A stretch of 64,000 nucleotides of DNA from Gnetum montanum (Eukaryota; Plantae; Gnetophyta): NCBI GenBank assembly GCA_015680685.1, contig MNCI01000970.1:148832-212831 (forward strand), written 5' to 3'. Of this stretch, positions 36,795-50,923 are shown one piece after another; position 1 is the first letter of the stretch; the number at the start of each line of letters is the position of its first letter. The notes beneath the pieces were generated by a model. That model ran no database searches. It saw only the letters and a program-made list of their open reading frames with translations, and was not told the origin of the DNA. The translations under genes and the position numbers were made by a program.

Positions 36795-39700
36795 CTAGCG
36801 GCTTTGATTAGAAAGTAATGTTGATGTAAAGATGCTACAAGCTGAATTTGTCTCTTGAATGCATTTACACAAGTCATCTCCATCTACAGGAAAAGCCTCT
36901 GGCAGTTGATAATCTGGCGAAACACCGACCTGGATGAATAGAACAAGATGTCATCAGGTCTAACATAGATAAACAAATAAGAATAAAAAAAATATGTTAT
37001 CCTTGCTTTATCATTGGGCACAATAGGCTTGGCTATACATACCTTGTCGATATCTGTATGTGCCGGGGTCTCATACCGTGCCACGGTGACAACCATGCCC
37101 GATCCATCGGAAAGTTCAAAAACTGATTGTATCTTTCTGCATGTAATGATAACTAACATTAAAGCCAGCAGTTTTAAAGGTGAAATAACACATTTATGTA
37201 TGAAAAAGAAACAAACACATTGCAAATAAAAAGGTAACGATCAAAACATCGTACTATCCTAATCGCAACCATTGCACCTGACATAACAAAAACAATAATC
37301 TGAAACAAACCAAATCTTTAAATAAAGAATAAAGTTACAGAAGGAAATAAAAGAGATTTCCAGGAATTTGTGCAATAAGAATTGGATTAAAAAAACAAAA
37401 ACAAAATTTTCAAAAGATATAAAAAAGGGTTATTACTTGGATGCTCAATACTCATCCCACTAAGTGGGCTCCTACCAAACAGGGTCCCAGCCTCCTAGGA
37501 GGACTTGTAAATGAGTGAAACCCTAACCTCTTTTTGAGTGGATGGGCCCAGGCTTAACCCAAGCATTATAACCTAGGAAACAAGCACCTTACCATCACTA
37601 TGAATTGATACTTTTTAAAAGAATAAAAATAACATACTTATTCAAAGATGTAATCTTACATGATAACTTATAAGGTTTCCCACCTATATGGAAGCCTTAA
37701 GGATTTCTTTTTTTCTTTTTTTCTTTATTTTTTGGTCAATGTAATAAAACAATCATTTCAAGATATCAATATAATCCTAACCTTGAAAATAAAAATATAG
37801 CTGTGTAAGGTACACAGACACGGGTAGTCAAGTTCCATTTTATATATATGACATACTCCTTCCATAGCATAACTAATTTCAGGACTTAATAAAATGGAGA
37901 TGATCATAGTACTCCTTGAGATATCATAACACTAGTAACGATAGGTGATATAATCATTACATTTATGAAGAGTAGAAAATTCCTATATCTACAAACATCT
38001 CATTAAGGTCTATGATATTATCAACCCACCATTATAATGATCCTTATTCTTATTAGGTGTTAGACTTAGTCTAGCCCTATGTTATGAGAATTTGGAGGGA
38101 AATTTGTAGTGAAATTTTAGAGGTTGGTTATAATGGGTCCTAGATATTAACTATCATCCATCCATAGTTAAAAATATTTCTTTTTCTTGTCCATTATAGA
38201 AATACATAAACTTTAAAAATTCTCCAATGTATAGATTCCATATCTATTTTACCTATGCCATGCATCATATGCCTCTGCAACCTTGTATATTGTTTACATT
38301 TTCATAACCAAAGTTCACATATATTAATACATCACAACGAAACATTGAAAAGATCACAGGTTGCGTGGTTTTCATTTTTTAAGCATTAGGAGTTGGAAAC
38401 TAACTTCATTTGGATTATATGCATTAGTGTATTGTCTCGTGGCATGCACATGAAATAGTATATTGTCTCATCGCATGCACATGAAATTGTTTATTTGCAA
38501 GGCAACCTGAAAAATTTTATTGACTAAAAACTCCATAAGTTTCAAGTACTTAAAAATCTCTGAAACAAAGCATACCCCTTCCCATAAGTTTTCTCTCCCA
38601 GTAAAACTGCCCGTTTATTATCATGTAGAGCAGCAGCTAAAATTTCACTGGCACTTGCAGTTCCTTTGTTCACCTACAAATGAAAGATGTTATCTATTAC
38701 AACAATAAAGTAAAAATTTATAGTTAATAATTTTGAAATAACTGAGTGAGTGAAATTTTTCATCTGACAAATCTTGGGAAACAAGAAAAATAAAATCATA
38801 AATTATGCTAAAATGGTTGCAAAAATAAAAAATGTAATTTAATTCACATAATTATATAACTGGATTTTGAACATTGATGACTAACAATTAATCAATAATT
38901 CAATGCTACCCTGCATGCATTTGTTGTTGACCTAGGACTCCATTTCCTGGATCTAGATTTATTTCAAATGAAAATTTCTCATACAAAAGTTCTATATATA
39001 TTAAATTACATCAAAAACTACTATGAAATGATTTGTGTGGTTAAAAACAGAATCCCATATGGGGCCATCATTTGGATTAATGGTAAGAAGCTTGTTTCTC
39101 AGATGGCTAAGGTTTAGACTTCAGCCTAGGTGCAACCACTAAAAAAAAAGAGATTGGGCTTTCATTCATCTACCCACCCTCCCAAGATTCTACTCGCTAG
39201 GATGAGCATTGAGCATTAGATTTCAACAAATTTTTTAATGTCTATTCTTCCATCTATTTATGCATAACCTTGTTACAAGTTGTGTTATTCATGTTGTGAA
39301 TGTCAGCGGATTTTCAGAAACATGTTGAGTCTACTCAACCTTGCAAAGCGCTGCATAAAGCAAAAAGGATTATTGATATACACACATGCGAATTGAGAAA
39401 ATGGCCTCCTGCCAAGCTCATAGAGCCATAAAGCGGGGAGTAGTAAGAACTGATCCACTATATAGAGTCTGGGGTAGTGGAGGTCCTTGGGCACATGCAG
39501 GCTACACTTAAGGTTACTAGGTTCTTACTTAGGGGAACCTAGCCAGTCACCAGTCACAAGTAAGAGATAAGCATCATGGACCAGGAGTTGTTAATTGAAT
39601 AAGCTATTTGTTAGAATATCTATTTTTTTCCCTGCCTACTTGTAGAGTTCCTAAATTCACCTGCAACTATTGATTGTCATGCATAAGTGGTAGTTCTTCA

Positions 39701-42700
39701 GATGTGAACTATTAATTTAAGTTTGCTGTTCATTGGCCAACCTTGTTGTCAGGACATTGCCAGATGTATTTGATTCAAACATTGTCTTTAGATCTACCTA
39801 TGGCTATAGGTGGGTATGGGGGATTAATCCTTACTGACACTATGTTTTACATTTTCAATTATTTTTTTACCACAGCAAATGTGTGGCAAAACATGGATGT
39901 ACAGGTGCAAGAGAACCTTGCTGATGGTGAAAAGATTCAGCCCTAATTAAGAGTTTTCTACTTTTGAATAAGGGAGATAAAGACTATTATTTGTGCGCTA
40001 AACTCTTCTAAACAGTCATGCCATGTGGTTTCTTTCAATATGATGATAGTTTTGAACAGATGAATGCAACTCCACTGTTTCTGGTTAAATAGGTTCTAAG
40101 CATAATGACTATCTATTTTGATAGCAAATTTGAATGGTTGCTCTATGCTGAATAAGAATGAAAATGAAAAAGCAAATATTCTTTAGGAAGCATTGTATTT
40201 TTAAGTATTATTCATTATATGCTACTCTTTATTTCTTGATTGACCAATACTGGAAGTTCATGTACATTGGAGAAGTATCATGCAACGTGATTCAGAGTTA
40301 ATATTTTTCTTCTATTGCTTAATGATTTGAGTAAATGTTACCCAATTGCTTAAAATTCTGATCATTGTTGATTATCTCATTTGGCATTAGTTTCATAATT
40401 TTCATCCCCTTTTTAGGTTCCAATTTGAGGCTTAACACATATCAAGGTACCAATCTAATCCTAGTCTTAGAAATCAAAATTATAATCATATAAGGCAAAA
40501 AGACTCCAGAGTCCAGTTCCATTTCACATATCACATTCTCCTCTCAATTTTAAACTACTAGACATCATACTCTATCTAGATTGATTTTTATGCCTTCAAA
40601 AGTTCTTTAGTTACTTTCCTTCCAAATTTGAAAGATCACATGTGCTCGTAAAGCACTCCACATTTTAGCATAATAAAATCTCGTGAAGATGTTGGCACAA
40701 TAAAATGTTAATTTATGGCTTTCCAAACTCTATTCTAAATATGGGCAATTGTAGGGAAATGCAAAAAGATATGATTACCATCTTCACAAACATTTTTACA
40801 AAAACATCTATTGACCATCATCTATCCTCTCTTTAACAAATTATCTATTGTTGAGATTTTCACTTTTCATGTCAATTCCTAAAAGACCTGAACTTCAGAG
40901 ATTAGACCCACTTTCTTTAGTAGATAACTTCTTTATCTACTTGACCTATGCATAAAGTATCATAAACCTCTACCAATTCTTACCATCCTCTGATTTCATG
41001 CAATGATTTCTCATCCATGCATATACTTTTTTAAATCATGCCTATATTGCAAAAGCACCAATAATATGTGGTCTCTCAAAAAAAAAAAAAAAAAAAAATC
41101 TTCTGTGTGGTTCAAATATTTAACACTCATTACGTTAACCCACATGACATCGCCATTCTTAATTCTCCAAACTAATTTTCTCCAAGCACATGATGTATCT
41201 ACCCTTCAGTATTTCAAATCCTTTAATACCTATAGACCTTGAACATATTTGCGTAAGTTCCTTTTAGGGTTTACAGTTTGTCCTCATTGACAATCTCTAC
41301 GGAGATTATCTGCTTTTTGAAATGTCTGTAGAAGTTTCAAAGTGGTGTTCCTTCATTTTATTCTCCTATGGAAGTAGCTTGTCCTCCACAACTCTTTTCA
41401 CCAGCTTAGATCGTTTACAAAATGATTTTCATATTCTCAGGCAGAAATTTAAACTATAATTGTATTTATGACACAAAACAGGGGGATTTTTAGATACCAG
41501 AAGAATCTAAGAAATTCGTAATTAAAAACGGAAGCAAAAATATGCGCATCTAATATAGAAAATTGTACAAGCTGGCTAGTCTAGGTTGAACTAAATATGG
41601 TACGAGAAATAATTTTGTACTTTCATAAAGAAAATCATTAAACATTATTTACCAACACTATCAAAGGCTCTGAAGTTGCAATAGCTTCTGTTCCATCAGT
41701 ATCATATATATCACGTACACCCTTGCTATCGCAGATGTACACAATAACACCTTTGTCTAGCCTGAAATTCCAGAACATATTCAATCAACCTATGCAACTT
41801 TTCATAACAGTGAAAAGCATTGCATCCATTACTATCAGAGTTTAGAATGCTAATACGAATCAACAAAGAAGAAGTTATTTTGTACATAAGTAACAATATG
41901 ATAAGATATAGTTTGCTAGTCAATGAGGTATAGCTGAATCAGATTAGAGTGTGTACTTGTTATTGTGTAAGTCACAGGTTTGATTCCAATCAATATCGAT
42001 ATGTTAAGATACATACCAGAAGAAGGTATGGTAAAATTACACATTCAGGGTTATCAAGTAGATAACGGTCCATAAAAATTATTATAAAATCATCTACCTA
42101 TCTTAACGAGTAAGCCCATAGCCCATATTGTTGGGATAAAATCAACTGTAATGATGATAAGGGTGAAAACACCTAAACAGAGAATATGAGAACTTCAAAA
42201 AGATTAGGAAATGGTACTCATAATTAACAGTTTTGATTGTTACCATTGATCAGTAATCTATGGTTGCACCCAAGCTGGAGAAACAAGCACCTTACCATCA
42301 CCCCAAATAATGGCCCCTTCCAAACTATCAATCAAGATAGAATAAAAAAGGTTTGTAAAACTTACAAGTTTTCACTTTATACATATAACACAAATGAATT
42401 CAACAACTTTGTATTTTCAACAATATCAAAAGCATAGCATTCATCTCTTAGCCAGCGGGAACCAGTGATTTAAATTTTTTTCCTCCGAATGCTCCTCTCC
42501 ACCGTTCTTGGCTCGCAAGTGCTGCTGGTTAAATTTTTATTTTGATTGTGCAGGCCACGTCACCCAGCAATTGTGTAACTCTTTTCATTTCCTTAATAGA
42601 AATCTACTTTTCCCTCCATCAAGCCCACTCCCCTACCCCAAAAAAACCAAAAAAAAAAAACTAAAATGAAAAGAAAAAACTAAAAAATTCCTAAGCATGC

Positions 42701-44716
42701 GTACTTATTGACTTCAATTAAAGTGTACAAAAAGCCACATAATTCCATTTTTTTCATCAGTTGCAAAAACATTTCTCAGGAAAACTAGACGGCTATTGAT
42801 CAAGAAGAACTTATGAATGTATTTAGAATGGCTTTGAGGTACGGTGTAAGCAACGCCATGACACCTGGTCCTGGTAATAAGTATTCATTCTTTTCTATTT
42901 GCTATCTTAAAAAAGTAGATGAGAAAAAATTTGGTTTAAAATAAAAGTATAAAATTTCTTCACAAAGACATTTCTACAAAACCCAACGGTGCAATTTTCA
43001 GAGTTTCCCACTGACAAAGCTCGATAATTCATTTTTTTATTTATTGTTGCATAGCATATATATTGAAAGATAGCTATTTAATTTATGATAGTTTTACTTT
43101 ATCACCGTTATCTCCATTCGTCAAACATCCTAAAATGTTTGTGCCTAAACAATATCCAATGAGATTCGCATGAAAAACCATCATCGTGAAGTATATGAAA
43201 TATGAATTATGCTAGAAAAGAACAGAGAAAAATGCAATAGTTTCAAACAACTAAAGTGAATCGTACCATATCTTTGCAATCTTGACACCTTCAGGAAAAA
43301 GCCCACCACTGCATAGAATAGTGTGGATATCAGACGATATAGTCAAACATAAGCTACGAAAGAGTCAACAGTGCCTGCATTAATAACCATTATCTTATAA
43401 CTATACAGCAGTAAAAATTTCTAAGAGGTCCATAGGCCATCAAGCCACTTTCTGTTAACCTGTTGTTTCGAAGATCTAGCACATATACGGTTACTTTTCT
43501 TTCTCGTAACTCCTCAATTGCTTGCCTAACAGCTCCTGTAAAGAAAAGTCCAATGTATTCTGTAGAATGCAAAACATATATTTTTGTGCAGCCTGAATTT
43601 GACAAGCAATCAATGTAGAAATTCTATAAAAGAATTTAGCTTTGCTTCAATGGTCATGATATTTCAAAGCTTATCTTTGAAAAATAAATATCCTTTTACA
43701 AAGTTTCATTTATTGATCATAGATATCCTAAACCAGATTCATGTTTAGAGGATGTCATTTCTTGATGCTACTAATTAGAACAAAAAAGTTTGTACGGTCC
43801 CAATTTTTATGTATTCCATAAACTTCATAGAAAAATTACAATTTCTCTCATATAAAGGAGATAACAATTTAAATGGATACTACGGTAGTCGACCATTGCA
43901 ATATTATTGTGATGATGTTATCAGAGAATACATAATATTAAATACTCATTTTCATCAGCATGATGTGCCTTTATCCCATCAACTTAGGCTAACCTTTAAA
44001 GTGAGGCAGATGATTTAATGATAAATTTTTTAATGGCCAATTGTCTACCTGATGCCAACCCTAACATCTATTTTTATTGTGCCCCCTGCTGGCACATGCT
44101 TCAAGTTGTACTTGAGACTGAAATCTATTGGTTGACAAACAGATAAATTATCAATTGGACTATCACATCATTGAAATGAATAACAATACAATATAAGACA
44201 AAATGAACGGTTTGAACAAAATGATGAACAATATATCCATAGGACTTGATTTCTTTACAAGTTTCTTCAAAGTTAAAATTGTAAAGAATGTGAACTTTTC
44301 ATACCAGAAGCATTCTGATTAAACCTTGCCAGTTTGATGTACCCAATTCTAGGAGATATCCCACCATTTTTGGAAAAATCACATATATGCCAACTCACAG
44401 GATCTAACGTAATCTTTTCACGCCTACAGTTAATGGTAAAGTGTTAATAATCAAGAATCTTAGGGATCATTTTTCTCGTTTGAACATGTCCAAAAGATGA
44501 TTTTAAAGAAAATCTTAGGAATCTATTTATATCAAAAAACAAAACAAAAAAAAACTCATCTACCCTATAACATACTGAAATAGGATGTTTGTTATCAAAA
44601 ACAGAGATGCAGAAACGAAACAGACAAATAAGTAAAATACTAACTTTAAAATGACATCTTTCAATCCAGAATCTCCTCTTTGAAATGTCAACTTAATAAC
44701 TGAATTTTCAGGACCC
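36795..44716 (-). CDS. CTPA2: D1 C-terminal processing protease (peptidase S41A), 3' exons: 44716-44645, 44423-44305, 43535-43460, 43308-43267, 41761-41653, 38673-38576, 37136-37043, 36929-36795; 5' exons not found in window
   Basis: Phase-compatible GT-AG exons splice to ...[25 protein letters not shown]...[15 protein letters not shown]...[24 protein letters not shown]...[70 protein letters not shown]...*. The catalytic Ser/Lys motifs are intact. Confidence 0.95.
37436..37598 (-). mobile_element. tRNA-derived SINE (Au-like family)
   Basis: Shares gaaacaagcaccttaccatc, cctaacctcttt..gagtgg and gctcaat.ctc blocks with the copies at 39061, 42261, 45106 and 59950. Confidence 0.65.
39061..39224 (+). 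mobile_element. tRNA-derived SINE (Au-like family)
   Basis: ggggccatcatttgg...tggtaag..gcttgtttctc...gagcattgagca, the reverse complement of the 45106-45253 copy. Confidence 0.7.
42261..42317 (-). mobile_element. SINE head fragment (same family)
   Basis: gagaaacaagcaccttaccatcaccccaaataatggcccc. Confidence 0.65.
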
Positions 44717-45105
44717 CTGTATGATTCAGTCCAAAATAAATAAATAATCAACATAACGGATGACAAAATAACCCTGAAAAATGAATCAGAATATTCATAG
44801 GTGATGAACCAAACAAATGTATAAAAACATCCACATGGAAAAAATGCTGAACATGTACAGAACCCAACACAGACCCCTACTTTTCTTCTTCTTTCTTTCT
44901 TTATTTTTATTTTTATTTTTTATAAATTAATCATCCCAAGATATCAATCCATTCTCAACTACATGCTTATCATACGGGTATGCTTAAAGCTCAAGTGTAT
45001 GCATGCCTACAAGCCTGCAAACACCAAGTCTTACACTTTCTAGAGCTCCATTACTTTTGGATCAGAATAATAAAAGGCAGGTAGTTTAATAAAAAAAAAT
45101 GGATC

Positions 45106-45253
45106 ATCACCCAGAGGCTCAATGCTCCTCTGGTCAAGCAGGATCTTAGGAGGACCAATAGACAAATGAAAGCCTAACCTCTTTTCAAGTGGCTATGCCC
45201 AAGTTACAACTTGAGAAACAAGCACCTTAACTATCCTTCCAAATGATGGCCCC
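45106..45253 (-). mobile_element. tRNA-derived SINE (Au-like family)
   Basis: Homologous to 39061-39224; an A-run (minus-strand T tail) is adjacent at ~45091-45099. Confidence 0.7.
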
Positions 45254-45889
45254 TAACAAGTAGCTTAATATGTGTTGAAAAATATCATACTTAAACCTAG
45301 CCCATGGTGATGGATCAAGTCATTGGAAAAACAAAATAAGATTTCCTTTATAAAAAATATTAAACAAACAATTCATTAATAAAACCAAAAGACTAATTAG
45401 CATGGTAAGCTTTGCTTTATCAGGTTTAGAAACGTAAGAATGCATTTCAACATGAGTTCAGAAATGTTGGATGTTTGTCAAAAAGTGGGTCTGGAACACA
45501 GCAGGAACAGTTAAAAATGTTTACAATATTGTAGATATTTAACCATAGCCTCAGCTAGCATTTGAAGAGCCCATGAATGAAGAATCAGCCACACCTCACA
45601 ATCTAGCTCAGCATGGATGGGGTTTTCAGCCTCAGATGAAGGCAGATGAGGCAGACAAACAGAATCCATAGCAACTGATGAAGCACTATCTCTAAATTAA
45701 TTTTTTTAAAAGAATAGAGACCCTTGACTGAAACACATTTCTCTTCCCAAAATGTGTAGCATGCAAAATTTCTCAAAGCACATTCCCAAGAGGCATTGAT
45801 TTTAACCAACCTAGAACACACCCACAAAACATGTTCTTCAAATCTCAATCATTAATTCAAAATCCATGAACTGATAACTGTATGAAGTC

Positions 45890-47240
45890 CAAATTTGCTC
45901 TGCCGCTGGTTTGGGGTCAAGCTGCTGAGCTAGCCGACCGTCTCTTTGTCCAGTTTGGCAATGGGTCCAAGCTTCAAGGAATGCACTTTGCGTTCCTGAA
46001 ATGCTTGAAATTTGGGCTCAAGGTCAACCTACCCCACTTCTTCCTGGCTGTCTTGCAACAGCAGAAGAGGGGGTGCCATTCTGGGCTTATTTTAGCCCTT
46101 TGGCCGAGGGCGGCAAAGGCGCGGCTAGTGGCAGGTCCTTCTAGCTCTTCCTGGTCCAAGGTTGGGTTGACACTGGTGGTGGTCTACATGTAGAAGCGGG
46201 CTGGCCTTCAAGGGTCAGCCACTTCAGGCCCTATGGCCGTGGCGGATGTGTCTCTGCTCGAGGAGCCTAGAAGGGATGTGCTGCTTGTGGCGCAGCTCAA
46301 CTGGGTCGCAAAGGAGGCAACGGTTGCGGCTCACGATGAGGAGCAACAAGCTTGGGAGGCCCAATGGGAGGAAAACCTCTTGCAGGCATAGGCCAACCTA
46401 GAGACCCGTTTCCACGAATGGGAGCAAGAGCTGCTTCCGCAACAAGCCATGCTCGCAAAGCGTTCCCGTGCCAGGCTAGTGGACGAGATCCGCAACCAGG
46501 TTCGTGATGAGTTGCTACAGGAGGAAGCCACATGCAAGGAGCGAGAGCAGATGGAGCACACACAATGAGCTTAGGAGCAAGAAGAAGAGAGACAAAAGCA
46601 GTGGTAACTGGATAGGGCGCACAAGCAAAGTGTGCAGCAGTGGCTTCGTGAGGGGAGATGCACATATGTTGGGCTAGGCAAAAACTACGAGTGCTCTTGG
46701 GTGACTCTCAGGCGGCACATCCATCATACGTTCGCACATTTCCACCTAGATGGTGGGGGGTTGACTAAGGAGTAGGGGTGTCATGAGGTTGCCTTGCAGG
46801 AGTTCCAACAAGCAACTAATTTTGTGGACTCGAAGTTGCACCACAATACCTTGGATATCCTCCATGCTTTGGAGCAGCTGCAATGTGAATGTCACGCACT
46901 ACCCAGGCTCCTATAGTGGCGCCGAGGTCTTTTGGGCCCCAGTTACATTCGAATCCCGACTATGTGGGGGGTGCATTTCTTGTTGGTTTCCTCTTCGCCA
47001 ATTGGGCCTTTATTTTGTTTGGTGTTGTGGGTCTATTGTGTCTTGGTGTAGGGGTCAAGGGTCGATGTTGCCTCAACAATTCTCTGAGGTCTGGGCCAAG
47101 AAGCAGCCAAGTTGGAGTCAGGGATGTCTATTTTTCCCCCTTTTGGTCCGATTGGCCACTTGCTAGTGGCCCTGAATTGTAATTTGTAATTTTATTTGAC
47201 TTTATCAATAATTTAATCTTGAACATTATCTCAAAAAAAA
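45890..47240 (+). mobile_element. 5'-truncated L1 copy containing only accessory-domain C-half, coiled coil and 3' UTR
   Basis: Poly(A) at 47233-47242. 14-bp TSD aactgtatgaagtc (45876-45889) / aacagtatggagtc (47241-47254). The translation aligns with 52750-52520 (-) of the full-length L1. Confidence 0.88.
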
Positions 47241-48226
47241 AACAGTATGGAGTCATAGCCAAGATAAAAAAATCCTTGTCTAGATAATTGAAGATGATCT
47301 GTTCATTAAGTACTGGAAGCTGCCCCTCTTGGTGTATGTAATCTTTCATATTAATTATGTTATGTAGTTGAGGCAGTAATCAAGAGATTCGATCTCCAAG
47401 ATGCAAAATAACTAAAAAGACAAAAATGTTGATCAACTTCTAAAATGTATTTTCAATGCATAATTAGAACAGCTATGTCTTTACTAAAAACAAGTCCACA
47501 CTACTTTTTCCCATCGAACTACACTCTACTAGTATCCTCTAAATGTGAAATCAGAATTTTAAGTATTTCATTAAATCATATGAATAACGTGAGACCCTAA
47601 AGATCTAGTGAAGAGAGGTCAGTTTCAACCATATCCTTCTACATAATTATTGCAAATCTCAGTTTAGCCTATTCAGACTGAACCTATGACCTCAAGATGT
47701 AAGCCATAAGTGTTATCAACAACATACACCTATTTGTAAAATTGTTTAATTTGCTTTTAAAAACCTAAATCAATACCAGTAGAAAAATAAAAGAATAGCA
47801 TGTAGATGTATCTTCATTTTTCCATGTGCAATTTATTATTTTTAATGGCCTTTGATATCTTATATTTTTCATGAACCAGTAGGTCCAGGAACACTTACGA
47901 TCAAGAATTAAACTGAACTGTTTTCTCTTTAACTCATCATTGTACTCCGTATTGAAAAAGAAATGGAATAAAATAAATATATTTCATAAAAGGTCTAAGC
48001 TAATAACAAAAATCCTTACGAAATAATGAGCACTTACGCCAAATAATAAAATTTTAACATATACTATATAAGCCTCATGTAAGCATCAAATACTTATCCC
48101 AACTCAAAAAGAAAAAAAAAAAACACACAAGAGAAGCTTGAGCAACAAGCAAATTAGGGCCAAAGGTTGCATAGAAGAAGCGGTATGTGAATAAGGTTTT
48201 CCCTGGATTCAATCAAGATTGCAATC

Positions 48227-50060
48227 ATGGCTACAGAGAAAAAGACTAATTTTGAATGCTATCTTGGCTGGAAAGGAAGTGTTTGCACCTCCATCTATTC
48301 ATCCATTGCTCAGAAAACTCAAGTTGAGAAAAGTCCTAAATTTCAGCAGAAATTATCTTGAACTAATAGTGCCCCCAGAAGTGAGTGAGTAATTAGCAAA
48401 AGTCAGAATGGATGGGTATGCAAAACTTAGCCTTGAATCTTCAGAATTGATTCTAGATAAAGATATGAGAAAGATTATGGAATCATACAACGACGGAGAA
48501 GTGCAAATTGTCTATGTAGGTAAGTCCATTCATGTCCCGATCAATGAAAAAATAATTAGATATATTTCTAGGGACAAGAATGTTTATCTGCCTTTCGTGA
48601 ATACTCAAATTGTCAATAAGGATTTGCTTGTCAAAGCCTTTTCGTCAGAAGCTGTGTTTCATAGATGCAAGCCAAATGTTTGAATAAATTTTGCAAGTTT
48701 GGAAGACCCTGTTCGTCTGATGTGTCAAATTTACAATACCTGGACAGATTGTTCTGTTCATCGTACGATAGTTCAATGGGGAACATTGAAAGCTTTGTAT
48801 TATGCCCATGCATGGAAGCTTAATTTTAGTTGGCTCGTCTCACTGTTCACAGCTTCTATAAGGTTGTCACGGAAATTTATGACGGTACATCTGCAAGATT
48901 TGGGTTTAGCAGCTTATTGACAATCATTGCCAAGAAATGGCTTAATTGCTTGATGCCCTCCACATTTCCTACCTCTATGTAATTTCAGTCCTTTTGATGG
49001 AGAAAACAGTGATCAATTTGCAAAGTAAAGAGACAGTCATGTCAAAGACTACCAATTGCAACGACAACAGCAATCGTAACCACTCAAGTTACGTATTTCA
49101 CAAGCAGCAATGTTAGAAGGAATCCAAAATGGACAGCAACAACAACAGTAGCTAGCACAACTCTAAGAAAGATCCAGAAAAGAGAAGCCAGTTGTAAGAC
49201 ATAAGTTACACACGGTCAAAGGGCAATTGGGAGATAAGTTCTTCATTTTTCCCCCTCATGATGAGAAAATCACCTGTGAAAATTTTGCTGGAATCAGTAT
49301 TCTTGATTATTCTACTCTAGAAGATAATAGAGAGATTCTAAACTTGACTATAGTGACTCATGCCTTACGAGCTTGCACCAACATGATTACAACAAATATT
49401 TGTAAAATGATAGGTGCGGAAAACCATCTTCCTAATATACAAGTTCCTTATGCATACAAGTGGAAAGAGAATGAGGATTTTTTGCAAACTATTCTGAAAG
49501 TATGGTGTAAGGACCCAGCAAAACCCATTAAAGGAGTAAAATACTGACTTAGTTCCAGAAAGCCTGATATTCTTAATGATCATGAGTTTGTATGACTTGG
49601 CATATATCTTTATGTGAAATCAACGATTCAATATTCAGCATTCAGGCTAGTGCAAGAAGAAAAGGAGAACGAAGTGTCATTGCTTGAGAAAGAAAATGAA
49701 GAATGGGAGTCGGAATTGCAGGTTCAAAACAGTAATTATGATAAAGTCAAATTTGATTTCAAGAAATTCATGGCCAAGGTGAACCAATACAAAGAGCATA
49801 TCAAATCACAGTTGTTACTCCTGGACCAATTTAAGGGTCAAATGTCTGGTGATGCTAAGCTCAATCTATCTGAGTAGGAGACTCAATTTCAAGAAAAGTT
49901 GCAGGAACTGAAGCTGAAGAATTCCACATTGAAAGAAGAACTTAAGGCTCTTCATCAAACGAAGAGTTGGCAGATAAAACAAAACCTCAAATGCATCCTA
50001 CTAAAGCTACGACAGAAGAATTTCGAAAATTGTATGTGTTGCAAATGAAAGTAAATTTAT
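48227..50060 (+). pseudogene. Orphan degenerate ORF (~600 codons): transposon-accessory-like N-domain, Q-rich linker, coiled coil
   Basis: TATA ctatataag at ~48064 and ATG at 48227, followed by consecutive ORF pieces 48408-48683, 48699-48920, 49227-49547 and 49614-49877 separated by stops. Confidence 0.55.
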
Positions 50061-50158
50061 AGCATCAGTCTAAATTCAAGATTTGTAGAAGGAAATTGAA
50101 CAACTAAAGGTGTAGATGATAAAGAAAGATCAAATACTTTAGTTGCCTGCAAGTGAAC

Positions 50159-50923
50159 TGATGAGCACATCACCCACCCCTTGTGTAATCCTCAATGCAT
50201 TTTTATGCATTTTTGTGTATGTGTATTGCCTTCGTGTCTTACGAAGTTCAGGATGCTTTCAGGATATTCCAGGGCCTTTGGGAGCTCGTGGAGATGTTTA
50301 GGACTTCAGCTTGGATGGCAGATTGTTTGTGAACAAATCTGGAAAGACGTTTTCTAGGCTTGAAAGAAGTGTTTCCTAAACGAAAGACATCTTCCAGAGC
50401 CCAAAGACACCTTCCTGTGCATGATTCCAAACTCGGGAAAGACAACTTCCAACTCCAAGATGTCTTCCTTGGACAAACTCCAATGGATATTAATTTGTAT
50501 TTCTAGCACCAAGGGATACGAAAGGTCACACCAAAAAGCTATAAGCATCCAAGGCCTAAGTTTGGACAAGAGAGTTTAAGTGCAAGCAAGGGAGAGCTTG
50601 TACTAGGACATTCTATCCATTTGATGAGAGGTAAGAGAGGTTGAGAGGATCTTTTATAAGTGCCCTGTCTTGAGCTGATGCTCCAAGTGTGAGATATTGA
50701 GGATTGAAAGGGGGCATGCGTGGCTTCTAAGAACCTTGGGAGAGGTGTGAGTTGGGCTTAGGTCCATAATCTTTGATGTATTTTCCAATAATTTGAGAGC
50801 TCTTTTAATAAAAGGGAGAATTTTCTCCAATTTCTTGTGTTGTTCTTGTTTTCTAAGCTTAAATTACTTAGGAAGCTTGTTGAATGGGTACTTTTGGGGT
50901 CTGTTAAGGTAGGCTCCGTATCA
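50159..50923. mobile_element. Solo LTR (765 bp)
   Basis: tgat...atca termini, TSD tgaac/tgaat (50154-50158, 50924-50928), TATA-like ctataag at ~50539. Confidence 0.75.

Noticed and set aside
36884-37225. ORF-track 113-aa protein (also 43390-43605 and 44560-44766)
   Set aside because: These are CTPA2 exons read through into introns, not separate genes.
41925-41990. tRNA-like sequences (also ~36150-36210 and ~47660-47730, minus)
   Set aside because: There is no intact cloverleaf or acceptor stem; at most these are decayed SINE heads.
42450-42690. Short GC-richer segment ending in A-runs as a processed pseudogene
   Set aside because: No ORF or convincing TSD; probably a LINE 3' tail fragment, but unsupported.
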